Shown in pieces: positions 18,601 to 29,630 of a stretch of 59,999 nucleotides of DNA. The notes under the pieces are model-generated. The model was not told where the DNA came from and ran no database searches. It saw only the letters and a program-made list of their open reading frames with translations. Made by a program: the position numbers and the translations under genes. Location: contig JBDRTG010000011.1 of the NCBI GenBank assembly GCA_043824255.1, positions 1-59,999 on the forward strand, given 5' to 3'. Origin of the DNA: a bacterium. Its GTDB lineage: Bacteria > JAHJDO01. Positions within the stretch are counted from its first letter, which is position 1. Each line of letters starts with the position of its first letter.

Positions 18601-20538
18601 CTATAAAATTATAGTATCTTCAATTTCTTTAATTGCGTTAGTAAACAAGTTATAGATTGCTTTGTATTTTTTCTCAAGCAGTTGCTTTGTTCTAGGATCA
18701 GATTGAATATGAGACAGACTTACTCCTCTTCGCATTAAGCCTTTTTCAGTAAGTGATAATCTAAACCATATCCATCCAATTAGATGTTTTACCTCTTTGT
18801 TATGAAGGAAGAATTCAATCTTATAACCTCCAATCTGTGTTTTTCTATTTCCTTTACCTTTCAGTTCTTCTGTGCCTTCATAGTTTGTAAATTCGTAAGA
18901 TAAATGCCCTTCATATATGTCTGATAGCTCTTTTTTAATTTTTGGCCATAAGTTGGCAGGAAAATAATCATCAAAAATTTGCTTAAATCTGCGTTGAGCT
19001 ACTGGTTTTGCTCTGTATTCACCTTCTTTGGTAAAAAAGTCTGTGTCAATGGAAGCAGGAAGAATACTTAATATATTGTAAAAAAGACTCTGGATACTTT
19101 CACTATAATTATCCAACCCGCTGATCTTCCCTATCAGTATTTTTACAAGATTTGGTCGTGTTATAAGATTTATAATAGTTCTGATTGTATGAATAGGTTC
19201 CCTTACCATAAAATCCAGTGTAAAAGTTCCTCCATTACTTGCTTCTCCCATTAGAATGACTTCTATATCTTCTTTTGAAAGAATCTCTCCTCCTCCAGCA
19301 ACAGCAGCTTCTCCTGTGTCTGTTCTCTTCAATACAATGTTAAAAAGATTACATATCTGTTCCATAAGAGAAGAAGAAGCGTCATTAACCACAATGCCAT
19401 ATTTTTTGTCCGGTCTCTTACGGGGTTTATCTGAAATGTCAAGAATAGATGTCAATGCATCCAATGCAAATATCTTTTGAACACCGGGAACAAAAGGGTC
19501 TCCATTTTTATCTATTAGAACTACGTTTTTTCTGTCTCCATCAGTATCAAAGACAAAGAATGCAATAATCTTCTTTTCAGATGCTGTCATTTGACTGAGT
19601 GCTTTCTGAGCTTGTTTTGTAGCCTCAGGAGTTGGAGCAAGCTGATGATTCATGCCTTTGCGATATTCTGAATTTATCTGAGTGATGTTGAATCCCCACG
19701 ACTCCAGATATTCCTTGTCTCTTCTCGCTCCACCATTTGGGTCAAGCCCAATCCATAGCTTCATAGAAGATATTTTTGATTTGATATCATCTTTTATACG
19801 CTTTACTTCTTGAATATCTTTAGATCCGGTTATAATAGAATCACAAAGTTCAGAGTAAATTTTCTCAGATTCCTCTCTAAAAACAGATATATTTCTAAAG
19901 ATCCCCTCAATTCTCTGAGAGGACACATCGTTGAGTCCAACTATGACGTCTCTTATTACAGATGGGTTGGTCAACTCAGATTCATATTTTTCAACAAATG
20001 ATTGTGCAAGTCCAGCGGACAATACCCTGCCGTCAGAGAGTCCGAGTTTTAAGCCATTGTACCCTACTGGATTATGACTTGCGCTTACATATAAGAATCC
20101 ATCAGCAGTTTCTCTGGAATGTGCAGCAATTCTTGTAATAGGTGAGACAAATATATATTTTACATCTACATTACACCAGATGAGAGTTCTTATCGCAATA
20201 TCTGCAATAGCAGGACCTGTATGTCGCGTATCTATGCCAACAACTATAACAGGCTTTTCCTTGGAGGATTTGTTTTTAACAAGATCAGCAAAATTCTTTG
20301 TTATGATTGCGATATATACTTTAGCAGCTTCTGTTATACTTGTGGATGTACCACCAAAGAAATCAGGTTTGTCATCTCCATTTGTTGCATCAAATACCTG
20401 ACGTATGCCTGATATTGAAGCAATTCCAAATTCTTTGCGTTTTTTTATATTGGATATAAGTTCTTCAATGTCTACTTTATCAGGAAAAGGTTTTATCTCT
20501 GGACTTCCGATCTCTAAACCAGTTTTTTTGTCTAACAT
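18601..20538 (-). CDS. Phosphohexomutase (PGM/PMM) superfamily protein
   Basis: GIDTR, SASHNP, DTDGDR, GEASNGG. Confidence 0.8.
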   Translation of the reverse strand: MLDKKTGLEIGSPEIKPFPDKVDIEELISNIKKRKEFGIASISGIRQVFDATNGDDKPDFFGGTSTSITEAAKVYIAIITKNFADLVKNKSSKEKPVIVVGIDTRHTGPAIADIAIRTLIWCNVDVKYIFVSPITRIAAHSRETADGFLYVSASHNPVGYNGLKLGLSDGRVLSAGLAQSFVEKYESELTNPSVIRDVIVGLNDVSSQRIEGIFRNISVFREESEKIYSELCDSIITGSKDIQEVKRIKDDIKSKISSMKLWIGLDPNGGARRDKEYLESWGFNITQINSEYRKGMNHQLAPTPEATKQAQKALSQMTASEKKIIAFFVFDTDGDRKNVVLIDKNGDPFVPGVQKIFALDALTSILDISDKPRKRPDKKYGIVVNDASSSLMEQICNLFNIVLKRTDTGEAAVAGGGEILSKEDIEVILMGEASNGGTFTLDFMVREPIHTIRTIINLITRPNLVKILIGKISGLDNYSESIQSLFYNILSILPASIDTDFFTKEGEYRAKPVAQRRFKQIFDDYFPANLWPKIKKELSDIYEGHLSYEFTNYEGTEELKGKGNRKTQIGGYKIEFFLHNKEVKHLIGWIWFRLSLTEKGLMRRGVSLSHIQSDPRTKQLLEKKYKAIYNLFTNAIKEIEDTIIL

Positions 20539-20645
20539 GTTTCAACTATATCAAATCTAATTTAAAGTTAAAAGGATTTGATTTGCTCACATACTGGCAG
20601 TATGCTATAAGGAAATATAAATTCGAAGCACGAAACGGGGGTAAA

Positions 20646-21662
20646 ATGACTTTACTTTCTACGGGTAAATTACCTATGAAATTACTTGATAGATTGCTCT
20701 CCTCGTATGAGCTAAAGGATAAGCGTGTGATTCTGGGCCCAAAGATCGGTGAAGATGCTGCAGTAATAGATATGGGAGATAAATATCTTGTTGCAAAAAC
20801 AGACCCTATTACATTTACTGCTGAAAATATAGCATGGTATGTTGTTAACATTAATGCAAATGATATTGCTACAATGGGAGCAACTCCCAGGTGGTTTCTA
20901 GCCACAGTTCTTCTCCCCGAAAAGAAGGCGAATGCTAAAATGGCAGAAAAATTATTCAAGGAACTAGTTTCTGCTTGTGAAGCTTTAGATATCAGTCTCT
21001 GCGGAGGTCATACTGAGATTACGTGTGGATTGGATAGACCAATTATAATAGGCAATATGCTTGGTGAAGTAGAAAAGGACAAATTAGTAGATGTAGGGGA
21101 TATTGAGGTTGGGGATAGTATTGTTCTTACTAAAGGAATAGCGATTGAGGCAGCGTCTATTATTGCAAGAGAAAAAGAGAAGGAACTGGCTGATATATTT
21201 GGCGGGAAATTTGTTAATGGAATTAAAAAATTCATATATGATCCTGGTGTTAGTGTGGTAAAGGATGCAATGATTGCCTGCAGCGTGGCAGATGTTCATG
21301 CAATGCATGACCCGACTGAAGGAGGACTCTACACTGGACTGTTGGAGCTGTCAAAGGCAGGAAATGTAGGATTGGTCATATACAAAGACAGGATTTCGCT
21401 TATTTCAGAATCTAAAATATTGTGCGAACATTATAATCTTGATATTATGGGAGCAATCGCATCAGGCGCGCTTCTTATAGCTGTAGATAAAAGAGATACT
21501 GAGAAACTGATGACAGCATTGCAAAAAGATAATATATCATCGGAAGTCATCGGAAAAGTTATGAAAAAATCTGAAGGAGTGAAAATAGAAGAAAAAGGAA
21601 TTTTGAAAAACCTGCCAGAATTTCATGTTGACGAAATAACAAAAATATACAGGAGGATGTAA
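20646..21662 (+). CDS. AIR synthase-related (PurM/HypE-like) protein
   Basis: GEDAAV, TDPIT, NANDIA, GGHTE, MHDPTEGG. Confidence 0.88.
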   Translation: MTLLSTGKLPMKLLDRLLSSYELKDKRVILGPKIGEDAAVIDMGDKYLVAKTDPITFTAENIAWYVVNINANDIATMGATPRWFLATVLLPEKKANAKMAEKLFKELVSACEALDISLCGGHTEITCGLDRPIIIGNMLGEVEKDKLVDVGDIEVGDSIVLTKGIAIEAASIIAREKEKELADIFGGKFVNGIKKFIYDPGVSVVKDAMIACSVADVHAMHDPTEGGLYTGLLELSKAGNVGLVIYKDRISLISESKILCEHYNLDIMGAIASGALLIAVDKRDTEKLMTALQKDNISSEVIGKVMKKSEGVKIEEKGILKNLPEFHVDEITKIYRRM

Positions 21663-21663
21663 A

Positions 21664-22788
21664 ATGCCAATTACCCCATGCAGGCCGAAGTGGAGGGGAA
21701 CTATGACAGACAGAGAACGCTTTAATAATCAGATGCATTATAAACCGGTTGATAGATGTTTTAATATGGAATTTGGATACTGGAATGAGAATTTTGAGAG
21801 ATGGAAGGAATTCAAGGAAAAGGGTATTACAAATAATGACGAAGCAGATATATTCTTTAATTTTGATGAAATAAAAGAAATAGGCGGCAATGTTTGGATG
21901 ATTCCTCCATTCGAGAAGGGGAAGGTCATATCGGAGACTGAAGATAAAAAAATTATTTTGAATGCTGACGGGCTTGTGGCAGAAGTTCCAAAGGATGGGC
22001 ATGAGACAATTCCGCATTTCATAAAGTCATCAATTGTTACTCCAGACGACTGGAAGGAATGCAAAAAGAGATTTTCTCGCAGTCATCCTGAAAGAAAGGT
22101 TGATATTGAAAGATATAAGAAAATGCATCCTGAAGACAGAACATATCCTCTTGGTGTAAGCTGCGGATCCATGATCGGGAGAATAAGGAATATGTTGACC
22201 TTTGAAGGCTTAGCATACGCGATTTATGACTACTCTGATATGGTTGAGGATATGGTTGAGACTGCATGTCTTCTTGTAGAAGATTTTCTGGATCAGGTTT
22301 TGCCTCATTTTGGCTTTGATTTTGCATCAGGCTGGGAAGATATATGTTTTAAAAATGGACCGATTGTCTCAGTTGACTTTTTCAATAAAGTTGTTGTTCC
22401 TAGATATAAAAGGATCAATAAAAAGCTCAAAGAATACAATATGGACATCTGGTACACTGATTGTGACGGTGATGTAAGGCCCATACTTCCCGGTCTCATG
22501 GAAGGCGGAATTAACTGTCTTTTCCCATATGAAGTTAATTCATGTACACATCCAGCAGATCTACTGAGGGAATATGGCAAGGATCTTCGCATTATGGGTG
22601 GTGTTGACAAGATGAAGCTTATACAAGGGCCCGCTGCCATTAAGGAATACATGGAATCATTAGTTCCTATTGTAGAAAGAGGAGGATATATTCCATTCTG
22701 CGACCATAGATGTCCTCCTGATGTAAAATATGAAGACTATATTTATTACCTTGATCTCAAGGAAAAAATGTTTGGAATGAAAGGATAG
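21664..22788 (+). CDS. Uroporphyrinogen decarboxylase / MtaA-CmuA family protein
   Basis: WEDICFK, DCDGD, GGVDK, GGYIPFCDH. Confidence 0.82.
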   Translation: MPITPCRPKWRGTMTDRERFNNQMHYKPVDRCFNMEFGYWNENFERWKEFKEKGITNNDEADIFFNFDEIKEIGGNVWMIPPFEKGKVISETEDKKIILNADGLVAEVPKDGHETIPHFIKSSIVTPDDWKECKKRFSRSHPERKVDIERYKKMHPEDRTYPLGVSCGSMIGRIRNMLTFEGLAYAIYDYSDMVEDMVETACLLVEDFLDQVLPHFGFDFASGWEDICFKNGPIVSVDFFNKVVVPRYKRINKKLKEYNMDIWYTDCDGDVRPILPGLMEGGINCLFPYEVNSCTHPADLLREYGKDLRIMGGVDKMKLIQGPAAIKEYMESLVPIVERGGYIPFCDHRCPPDVKYEDYIYYLDLKEKMFGMKG

Positions 22789-22793
22789 AGTAC

Positions 22794-23600
22794 ATGCTTG
22801 CTGATTATCATATACATACCAGAATGTGTGGTCACGCAGAGGGCGAGATGGAGGAATATGTCAGGGAAGCTATTAGAAAAGGGCTGGGAGAGATAGGGTT
22901 TAATGAGCATTTCCCCATTCTGCATCTTGAGGATAAAGAACTTGCAAGAAGGCTTGCTATGTCCATTGACGAATTTCCAATGTATGTAGAACATGTACAA
23001 AGATTGCAGAAAGAGTTTAAAAAGCGTATTTCAATAAAGCTTGGGTGTGAGATTGATTATTTGCCCGGAAACATGAAGATCATAATGCATACTATCAATA
23101 AGTATGATTTTGACTATCTGTATGGGTCTGTGCATTTTTTGGATGATTGGATGATTGATCATCCTGATCATAAATCAAGGTTTAAAAATCAGGATTTGTA
23201 TAAAGTGTATAAAGATTATTTTAGTCTGGTTGAAGAAGCTGCAGAATCAAAATTATTTGACTGTATTTCTCATATAGATGTTATAAAGAAGTTTGGATAT
23301 AAGCCTGATAAAGATTTAACATGCATCTATGAACAGACGGCAAGTATCCTAAAACATGCGGATGTATGCGTTGAGGTCAATACTTCCGGGCTGTATAAGC
23401 CTGTAGGAGATATATATCCACAGGAGAAGTTCCTTAAGATTTGTTATAAGCATAATGTGCCTGTTACATTAGGCTCTGACGCACATAAACCTGAGCATGT
23501 GGGAAGGGATTTTGATAAGGCAGTTTCTTTAATAAAAAGAGCGGGATACATGGAAATAGTCGGATTTAGTAAACGACAAAGAGAATACATAAAGATCTAA
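22794..23600 (+). CDS. HisJ-family histidinol-phosphatase (PHP)
   Basis: DYHIHT, GSVH, EVNTSG, GSDAH. Confidence 0.88.
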   Translation: MLADYHIHTRMCGHAEGEMEEYVREAIRKGLGEIGFNEHFPILHLEDKELARRLAMSIDEFPMYVEHVQRLQKEFKKRISIKLGCEIDYLPGNMKIIMHTINKYDFDYLYGSVHFLDDWMIDHPDHKSRFKNQDLYKVYKDYFSLVEEAAESKLFDCISHIDVIKKFGYKPDKDLTCIYEQTASILKHADVCVEVNTSGLYKPVGDIYPQEKFLKICYKHNVPVTLGSDAHKPEHVGRDFDKAVSLIKRAGYMEIVGFSKRQREYIKI

Positions 23601-23786
23601 TTTTTAATTTCTAATTTTCAATTATTAATCAATTTTTTAATGCTTTAATTCTTAATTAGAAATACAGTGAACAGTGATAAGTAAAAATGTATGGATGCGA
23701 GGTGTATGTTGAGCCTGCCAGCTCAGTACTTCGGAGAGAAACAGGAGAGTGTTTGCTGCGGAGGAGAAACATATGCCGAGCAGACA
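23599..23786 (+). repeat. Dispersed structured element, copy 1
   Basis: Core GATGCGAGGTGTATGTTGAGCC...CAGGAGAGTGTTTGCTGCGGAGG...CATATGCCGAGCAGACA, also at 27262-27398 and 29381-29627. Confidence 0.9.
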
Positions 23787-23802
23787 ATTGCGAGCTAGAT
23801 AA

Positions 23803-24786
23803 ATGATAGAAATGTTAAAAAGAATAGAAGAAAAGGTCTTAAATGGCATACAGCCTGCTGATGCTGAATTTTATAGTCTTCTTAAAATAGAGAACAATCT
23901 AATAGACCTCATATCGGCAGCAGATAAAATACGCAGGAAATTTAAAGGAAAGAAAGTAAAGTTCTGCTCTATTGTAAATGCAAAATCTGGCATGTGTGAT
24001 CAAAACTGTGCTTTCTGTGGGCAGTCATCTTATCACAAGACAAAAATTCTTAAATATCCCCTGTTAGATACAGAAGCAATAGTTGAATCAGCAATGGATG
24101 CTGCACATAACGGTGCAACGGAGTTTTCTATAGTGACCAGTGGTAAGAAGATAAACTCTAAAGGGGAACTGGAACAAATAAAAAAAGCTATAAAAGAGAT
24201 TAAGGAAAAAACTTCTCTGGAAAGCTGTGCGTCTCTGGGAGTTTTAGACAAGGATTTTTTGGCGGAATTAAAAGGCGCTGGTCTGGATAGATATCATCAT
24301 AATCTTGAGACATCCCAAAGTTTTTTCCCTCAGATCTGCACAACTCGCGGATATGATGAAAGCGTTGACACAATTAAAGCAGCTAAAGAAGCAGGGTTGA
24401 TTACATGCTGCGGCGGGATATTTGGTATAGGGGAATCACCTCAACAAAGGATAGAATTAGCGCTGACATTAAAAAAATTAGACCCTGACTCTATCCCGAT
24501 AAATTTTCTGAGTCCCGTTAAGAATACTAGACTTGAGAATATGCCTCTGCTAGAGCCTTTGGAAGCGCTAAAAATAATAGCTATATTTCGTATTATTTTT
24601 CCAAGAAAGGATATTATTATCTGTGGGGGTAGGGAAGTCACATTGCGAAGTCTTCAGCCAGTGATGTTCCTTGCAGGAGCAAATGGTATGATTCTAGGAG
24701 ATTACCTGACTACAAAAGGAAGAAGCGTGAAGCATGACTTAGATATGATAAAAGATTTGGGACTCGGTAGAGACTCAAAATCTTGA
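23803..24786 (+). CDS. bioB: Biotin synthase
   Basis: NAKSGMCDQNCAFC, YHHNLET, CCGGIFG, DSIPINFL, GDYLTT. Confidence 0.95.
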   Translation: MIEMLKRIEEKVLNGIQPADAEFYSLLKIENNLIDLISAADKIRRKFKGKKVKFCSIVNAKSGMCDQNCAFCGQSSYHKTKILKYPLLDTEAIVESAMDAAHNGATEFSIVTSGKKINSKGELEQIKKAIKEIKEKTSLESCASLGVLDKDFLAELKGAGLDRYHHNLETSQSFFPQICTTRGYDESVDTIKAAKEAGLITCCGGIFGIGESPQQRIELALTLKKLDPDSIPINFLSPVKNTRLENMPLLEPLEALKIIAIFRIIFPRKDIIICGGREVTLRSLQPVMFLAGANGMILGDYLTTKGRSVKHDLDMIKDLGLGRDSKS

Positions 24787-24801
24787 GTCTCTACGTGGTT
24801 A

Positions 24802-25989
24802 ATGAAAATGAATAAACGTAATTTTATTGATGAAGTGCTTAATAGTTTAAAAAAAAATGGTTTGTATCGTACGTTAAGAACATGTTCCCAGTTTAAATCT
24901 TCAAAACTGGTTATTGATGGAAAAGAACTGATTAATTTTTCATCCAGTAATTATCTTGGTTTAGCAGGTGATCCTGTTCTGAAGGAGGCGGCTTGTAAGG
25001 CTATAGAAAAATATGGTTGCAGCAGCACCGCATCGCGTCTTATGTGTGGGAATTTGGCTCTCAATGAGGAATTAGAAAAAAGAATAGCAGGATTCAAGCG
25101 AACGGAAGCAGCTCTTATATTTAGTTCAGGATACATGGCTAATATAGGTGTGATCTCTGCTTTAATGGGAAGGCCGGATATTATATTTGCAGATAAGTAT
25201 AATCACGCAAGTCTTGTAGATGGCTGTATATTAAGCAGGGCAAAACTTATGCGGTATCCTCACAGAGATGTAAAAAGGCTGGAAAAACTTCTCGAAAATT
25301 CGGGAAAATATGGCAGACGCTTGATTGTTACAGATTCTGTATTCAGTATGGATGGAGATATTGCTCCATTGCCGGAGATTGTAGAACTGGCAAAGCAATA
25401 CGATTGCATGGTAATGATTGATGATGCGCATGCAACGGGAGTATTGGGTAAAACAGGCAGAGGCGGTGCGGAATATTTTGATATTCCTGAAGAATCTATA
25501 GATATTCATATGGGCACTTTTGGAAAAGCTCTGGGAAGTTTTGGAGCGTATGTAGCAGGGGCCAGAAAGCTCAAGGAGCTTTTGATTAACAAAGCGCGAA
25601 GCTTCATTTTCACAACAGCTCTGCCTCCATCTGTTATAGGTTCTGTTATTGCTGCTATATCAATTCTTGAGATGGATAATACACGAATAAAAACATTAAA
25701 TAAAAATGCCAGCTATTTCAGAAATCAACTGAGAAAAGAGGGGTTTAATATTTTAAACACCGAGACTCAGATAATTCCATTGATAATAGGAGAAAATAAT
25801 AAGGCAATTCAGTTCAGTAAGTTCCTTATGCAGAATGGAATTTTTGCTCTACCTATCAGGCCTCCAAGCATTCCCCTAAACACTGCAAGGACAAGGTTTT
25901 CAGTCACAGCAGCTCATAGCAAAGAGGAACTTAGTTATGCAATAGAAATAATCAAAAAAGCTGGCAAGAAGTTTGATATTACTCAGTGA
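24802..25989 (+). CDS. bioF: 8-amino-7-oxononanoate synthase
   Basis: SSNYLGL, SGYMAN, NHASL, VFSMDGD, DDAH, GTFGKA; follows bioB. Confidence 0.92.
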   Translation: MKMNKRNFIDEVLNSLKKNGLYRTLRTCSQFKSSKLVIDGKELINFSSSNYLGLAGDPVLKEAACKAIEKYGCSSTASRLMCGNLALNEELEKRIAGFKRTEAALIFSSGYMANIGVISALMGRPDIIFADKYNHASLVDGCILSRAKLMRYPHRDVKRLEKLLENSGKYGRRLIVTDSVFSMDGDIAPLPEIVELAKQYDCMVMIDDAHATGVLGKTGRGGAEYFDIPEESIDIHMGTFGKALGSFGAYVAGARKLKELLINKARSFIFTTALPPSVIGSVIAAISILEMDNTRIKTLNKNASYFRNQLRKEGFNILNTETQIIPLIIGENNKAIQFSKFLMQNGIFALPIRPPSIPLNTARTRFSVTAAHSKEELSYAIEIIKKAGKKFDITQ

Positions 25990-26352
25990 CTATTCATTGC
26001 TATCAAGGATTTTGGAAGGAGACTTTACAAGATAGTCCTTGTTAAGTATTTTTTTGTCTTTTTCACTAATCTTGATAAATTTTAAATTCAACTTATATCC
26101 CGACCATATTGGTTCTGATTTTACTACTTCTGCAACAGTTTTAATCTCTTTTTTAAGATTCATAAGACGTATTATTAATTTAAGAGACGTTAGAGCAGGA
26201 ATATCCTCTTTTGTAAATACAAGTGCGCCGTCACCGTTGATATTTTTAGCCATGCCTTTCCCGCCATCATATGATATAAAGCACACTCTTTTTCTATATA
26301 AGATAGGAAGATTTACATTAAATCTTTGATGTCTTCTTCTGTCTGTAATCAT
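25990..26352 (-). CDS. PilZ domain protein
   Basis: RRRHQR (RxxxR) and NINGDG (variant of D/NxSxxG). Confidence 0.78.
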   Translation of the reverse strand: MITDRRRHQRFNVNLPILYRKRVCFISYDGGKGMAKNINGDGALVFTKEDIPALTSLKLIIRLMNLKKEIKTVAEVVKSEPIWSGYKLNLKFIKISEKDKKILNKDYLVKSPSKILDSNE

Positions 26353-26395
26353 TTTCGTTCTCCAAATTTCTCCCGAAACCGTAGCATATATCTTT

Positions 26396-27223
26396 TTATG
26401 TGTCAAGCCTTGGGTCAAGTATATCTCTCAGCCCTTCGCCTAACAGGTTATAACTAAGTACTGTTATAAGGATAGCAAGTCCGGGAAATGCTGTAATCCA
26501 CCATGCAAATTCTATTGTTGATTTACCTGTTGAAAGTAGATTTCCCCAGCTTGATGTTGGTGGCTGGACACCTAGCCCCAGGAAGCTTAAAGCAGATTCC
26601 GTAAGTATTGCTCCGGCTATGCCAAAAGTAGCAGCAACATATACAGGAGCCATTGCATTTGGTAAGATATGGCGAAAGATAATTCTCATATTGCTTGCGC
26701 CCATTATTTTCGCTGCTTGTGTGAATTCACGTTCTTTAAGACTGAGGAATTCTCCTCTAACAAGCCTGGCAATGCCCATCCAGCTGGTTAAGCCAATAAT
26801 TATCATTATATTGGTTATACATGGTTTTGTTATTGCTACAACTGATAGAATGAGGAAAAAGCTTGGAAAGCAGAGCATCATATCAACGAATCTCATTAAG
26901 ACTGAATCAACCATTCTACCATAATATCCGGCAATGGATCCAATAAGAATGCCTATTATGATTGAAATACCTGTTGCTACGAATCCTACTTTAATAGATA
27001 CACGTGTACCCCATATTATTCTTGATAGCACATCGCGACCAAGGCCATCAGTTCCAAGAATATGATTGTTTTGAAAAGGGCTTAAGAATATATCATCTAC
27101 ATTTATTCTATTTGGATTGTATGGTGATAGAACGGGCGCAAAAATGCCAACAAAGAACATCGCAAAGATAATAACTATTCCAAAGAGAGCCAGTTTGTTT
27201 TGTTTGAACTTATGTAAGAACAT
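26396..27223 (-). CDS. oppC: Oligopeptide ABC permease OppC/DppC
   Basis: LGTDGLGRD, ARLVRG, RHILPN, ESALSFLGLG. Confidence 0.92.
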   Translation of the reverse strand: MFLHKFKQNKLALFGIVIIFAMFFVGIFAPVLSPYNPNRINVDDIFLSPFQNNHILGTDGLGRDVLSRIIWGTRVSIKVGFVATGISIIIGILIGSIAGYYGRMVDSVLMRFVDMMLCFPSFFLILSVVAITKPCITNIMIIIGLTSWMGIARLVRGEFLSLKEREFTQAAKIMGASNMRIIFRHILPNAMAPVYVAATFGIAGAILTESALSFLGLGVQPPTSSWGNLLSTGKSTIEFAWWITAFPGLAILITVLSYNLLGEGLRDILDPRLDT

Positions 27224-27261
27224 ATCTCTTAACCCAAATTTTCGATTATTTTCTTTCGTTA

Positions 27262-27398
27262 TTGTCTGCTCGGCATATGTCTCGCCTCCGCAGCAAACAC
27301 TCTCCTGTCTCCCTTACGACGCACTGAGCTGGGCGGCTCAACATACACCTCACATTCATAATTGAAGAATTAAAGCATTAAAAATTTGTAATTTAAAA
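27262..27398 (-). repeat. Dispersed structured element, copy 2 (internal 5' deletion)
   Basis: Reverse complement of the 23.7-kb core. Confidence 0.9.
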
Positions 27399-28382
27399 TT
27401 AAAAATTGTCCTTATTTAGTTTTATCCTTGGGTCAGCAATGCCGTAACATATATCTGCAAGGAGATTTCCGATTAATGTAAGAACTGCTCCCATAGTAAG
27501 AATCCCCATTATAACAGGATAGTCTCTGGACATTGCGGACTGAAAGAATAATCTGCCCATACCTGGAATTGCAAATATGCTCTCTATAATAACGCTTCCT
27601 CCAATTAGACCCGGCACAGAAAGCCCCAGAATAGTGATGAGAGGTATTACAGCGTTCTTTAAGGCGTGTTTGTAAATGACCCGAAACTCGCTCAAGCCTT
27701 TTGCCCGTGCTGTTCTTATGTAGTCCTGATTCAGCACTTCAAGCATATTTGATCTCATGTATCGGGACATACCTGCAATGCCTCCAAAAGCGCCTATAAA
27801 AATAGGCATTATGAGATGCCTGCCAAAATCAGTCAGTCCTTGGAAATAACTCATCTGGTCATAATTCAATGAGTGAAGTCCTGAAATAGGAAACCAGCCA
27901 AGTTTTATACTGAAAAAAATGATAAGAAGCAGCGCAAGCCAGAATGACGGCATTGAAAAACCAACGAATACGAATACCGTTGAGAATCTGTCAAACCATG
28001 AATGCCGTTTTGTAGCTGATGCAATTCCTACAGGTATTGCAATAAGGAGTATAAATATGATTGATAATACGTTAATTATCAGAGTTATAGGAAGTGTTTC
28101 CATGATTTTGGAACGCACAGATCTGCCGTCTGTAAAGGATGTACCAAAATCAAGACGGATTATTCTTTTAAGCCATGCAATATACTGAATATATATAGGC
28201 TTATCCAGTCCGTATAGTTTTTCCAGTCTCTCTCTTGTTTGTTGGGATATTTTAGGGTTGAGTTGTGTTTGAAGGTCTGTTGGTTTGCCCGGCGCAAGGT
28301 GTATTACTGAGAAAGTAATTATGCTTATGCCTAAGAGAAGCGGGATAATACCAAATAAACGTCTTATTATATAATTACCCAT
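27399..28382 (-). CDS. oppB: Oligopeptide ABC permease OppB/DppB
   Basis: [25 protein letters not shown]. Confidence 0.92.
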   Translation of the reverse strand: MGNYIIRRLFGIIPLLLGISIITFSVIHLAPGKPTDLQTQLNPKISQQTRERLEKLYGLDKPIYIQYIAWLKRIIRLDFGTSFTDGRSVRSKIMETLPITLIINVLSIIFILLIAIPVGIASATKRHSWFDRFSTVFVFVGFSMPSFWLALLLIIFFSIKLGWFPISGLHSLNYDQMSYFQGLTDFGRHLIMPIFIGAFGGIAGMSRYMRSNMLEVLNQDYIRTARAKGLSEFRVIYKHALKNAVIPLITILGLSVPGLIGGSVIIESIFAIPGMGRLFFQSAMSRDYPVIMGILTMGAVLTLIGNLLADICYGIADPRIKLNKDNF

Positions 28383-29296
28383 TTTTTTCTGAAGAAATCT
28401 ACTGTTTTCTCAAACCCTTTGTATAAGCTGACACATGGTTTCCATGAAAGATCTTTTTGCGCTTTATCAAAGGACAAGATACTTTGTTTAAGGTCTCCTT
28501 CTCTGGCAGGAGCGTACTCGCAATCTTTAGGGAAATCTATTATGCGCTTTAACTCACCAAATACTTCATTGACATCTGTTCCTTCGGCAGTTCCTATATT
28601 GAAAGCTCCGCATATATTCCGATTGATAGCCGACACATTAGCTGCCACAATATCATCAACATATACATAATCTCTAACGCAATCGCCTTTGCCGAATATT
28701 GTCGGTTTTTTGCCTGTAAGCATGGCTTTTATAAAGATAGCTACAACCCCAGCTTCTCCATGCGGATCCTGACGCGGGCCATAGACATTTCCATATCGCA
28801 AAGCTATATATGGAAGATTATATTCGTGTTTATAAAATGAGAGATAGTATTCAGTCGCGACCTTTGAAACTCCATAAGGGGAGAGTGGACATAGTTTAGC
28901 CGTTTCTGTTGTGGGCGCGTTTTCTGCCTCTCCGTAAACAGTCCCGCCTGAGGATGCAAAAACTATTTTCTTCACGTTATATTTTACGCAGTTTTGCAGG
29001 ATGTTAATTCCTCCCAGTATATTAACGTCTGCGTCAAAAACCGGTTTTTTCATTGATACTGCGACACTCATCTGTGCAGCATGATGGTCAACGCAGTCAG
29101 GTTTTTCCTTTTTGAATACATGTTCCAGTTCTTTACTGCGGATATCAAGGTTGTAGAATGCAGCTTTCAGATTAATATTTTCCTCTTTCCCAGTTGAGAG
29201 ATTATCCACTATTACGACCTGATGACCTTCATCAATTAATCTGTCCGCAATATGCGAACCTATAAATCCCGCACCGCCTGTTACTAATATTTTCAT
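28367..29296 (-). CDS. UDP-glucose 4-epimerase-like SDR
   Basis: [23 protein letters not shown]. Confidence 0.9.
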   Translation of the reverse strand: MKILVTGGAGFIGSHIADRLIDEGHQVVIVDNLSTGKEENINLKAAFYNLDIRSKELEHVFKKEKPDCVDHHAAQMSVAVSMKKPVFDADVNILGGINILQNCVKYNVKKIVFASSGGTVYGEAENAPTTETAKLCPLSPYGVSKVATEYYLSFYKHEYNLPYIALRYGNVYGPRQDPHGEAGVVAIFIKAMLTGKKPTIFGKGDCVRDYVYVDDIVAANVSAINRNICGAFNIGTAEGTDVNEVFGELKRIIDFPKDCEYAPAREGDLKQSILSFDKAQKDLSWKPCVSLYKGFEKTVDFFRKKWVII

Positions 29297-29300
29297 AACA

Positions 29301-29330
29301 TCCCCCTGAATCCCCCCTTCAAAGGGGGAC
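29301..29330. repeat. Short REP-like hairpin
   Basis: TCCCCC...TCCCCCCTTCAAAGGGGGAC. Confidence 0.45.
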
Positions 29331-29380
29331 TTTTTATTCGTGTATTTTAATTTTTATGATTATAGCATAAAGGCTAAATT

Positions 29381-29627
29381 AATTTATAATTATTAATTAC
29401 TAATTTTCAATAAATTTCTAATTTCAGAATTTCTAAGTGTCTGCTCAGTATATGTCTCGCCTCCGCAGCCAACACTCTCCTGTCTCCCTTACGATGCACT
29501 GGAGCTGGCAGGCTCAACATAGACCTCGCATCCATGCATTTTCACTCATCATTGTTCACTGTATTTCTAATTAAAAATTAAAGAATTAAGATTTGATTAA
29601 AAATTGAAAATTCAAAATTAAGAATTG
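29381..29627 (-). repeat. Dispersed structured element, copy 3, with both AT-rich inverted arms
   Basis: Core 29438-29573; arms such as AATTTTCAA and TTGAAAATT on either side. Confidence 0.88.
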
Positions 29628-29630
29628 TTT

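Noticed and set aside
23687..23806. 39-aa ORF (MYGCEVYV...) across the repeat element
   Set aside because: Indels in copies 2 and 3 break the frame, so conservation is not at the protein level
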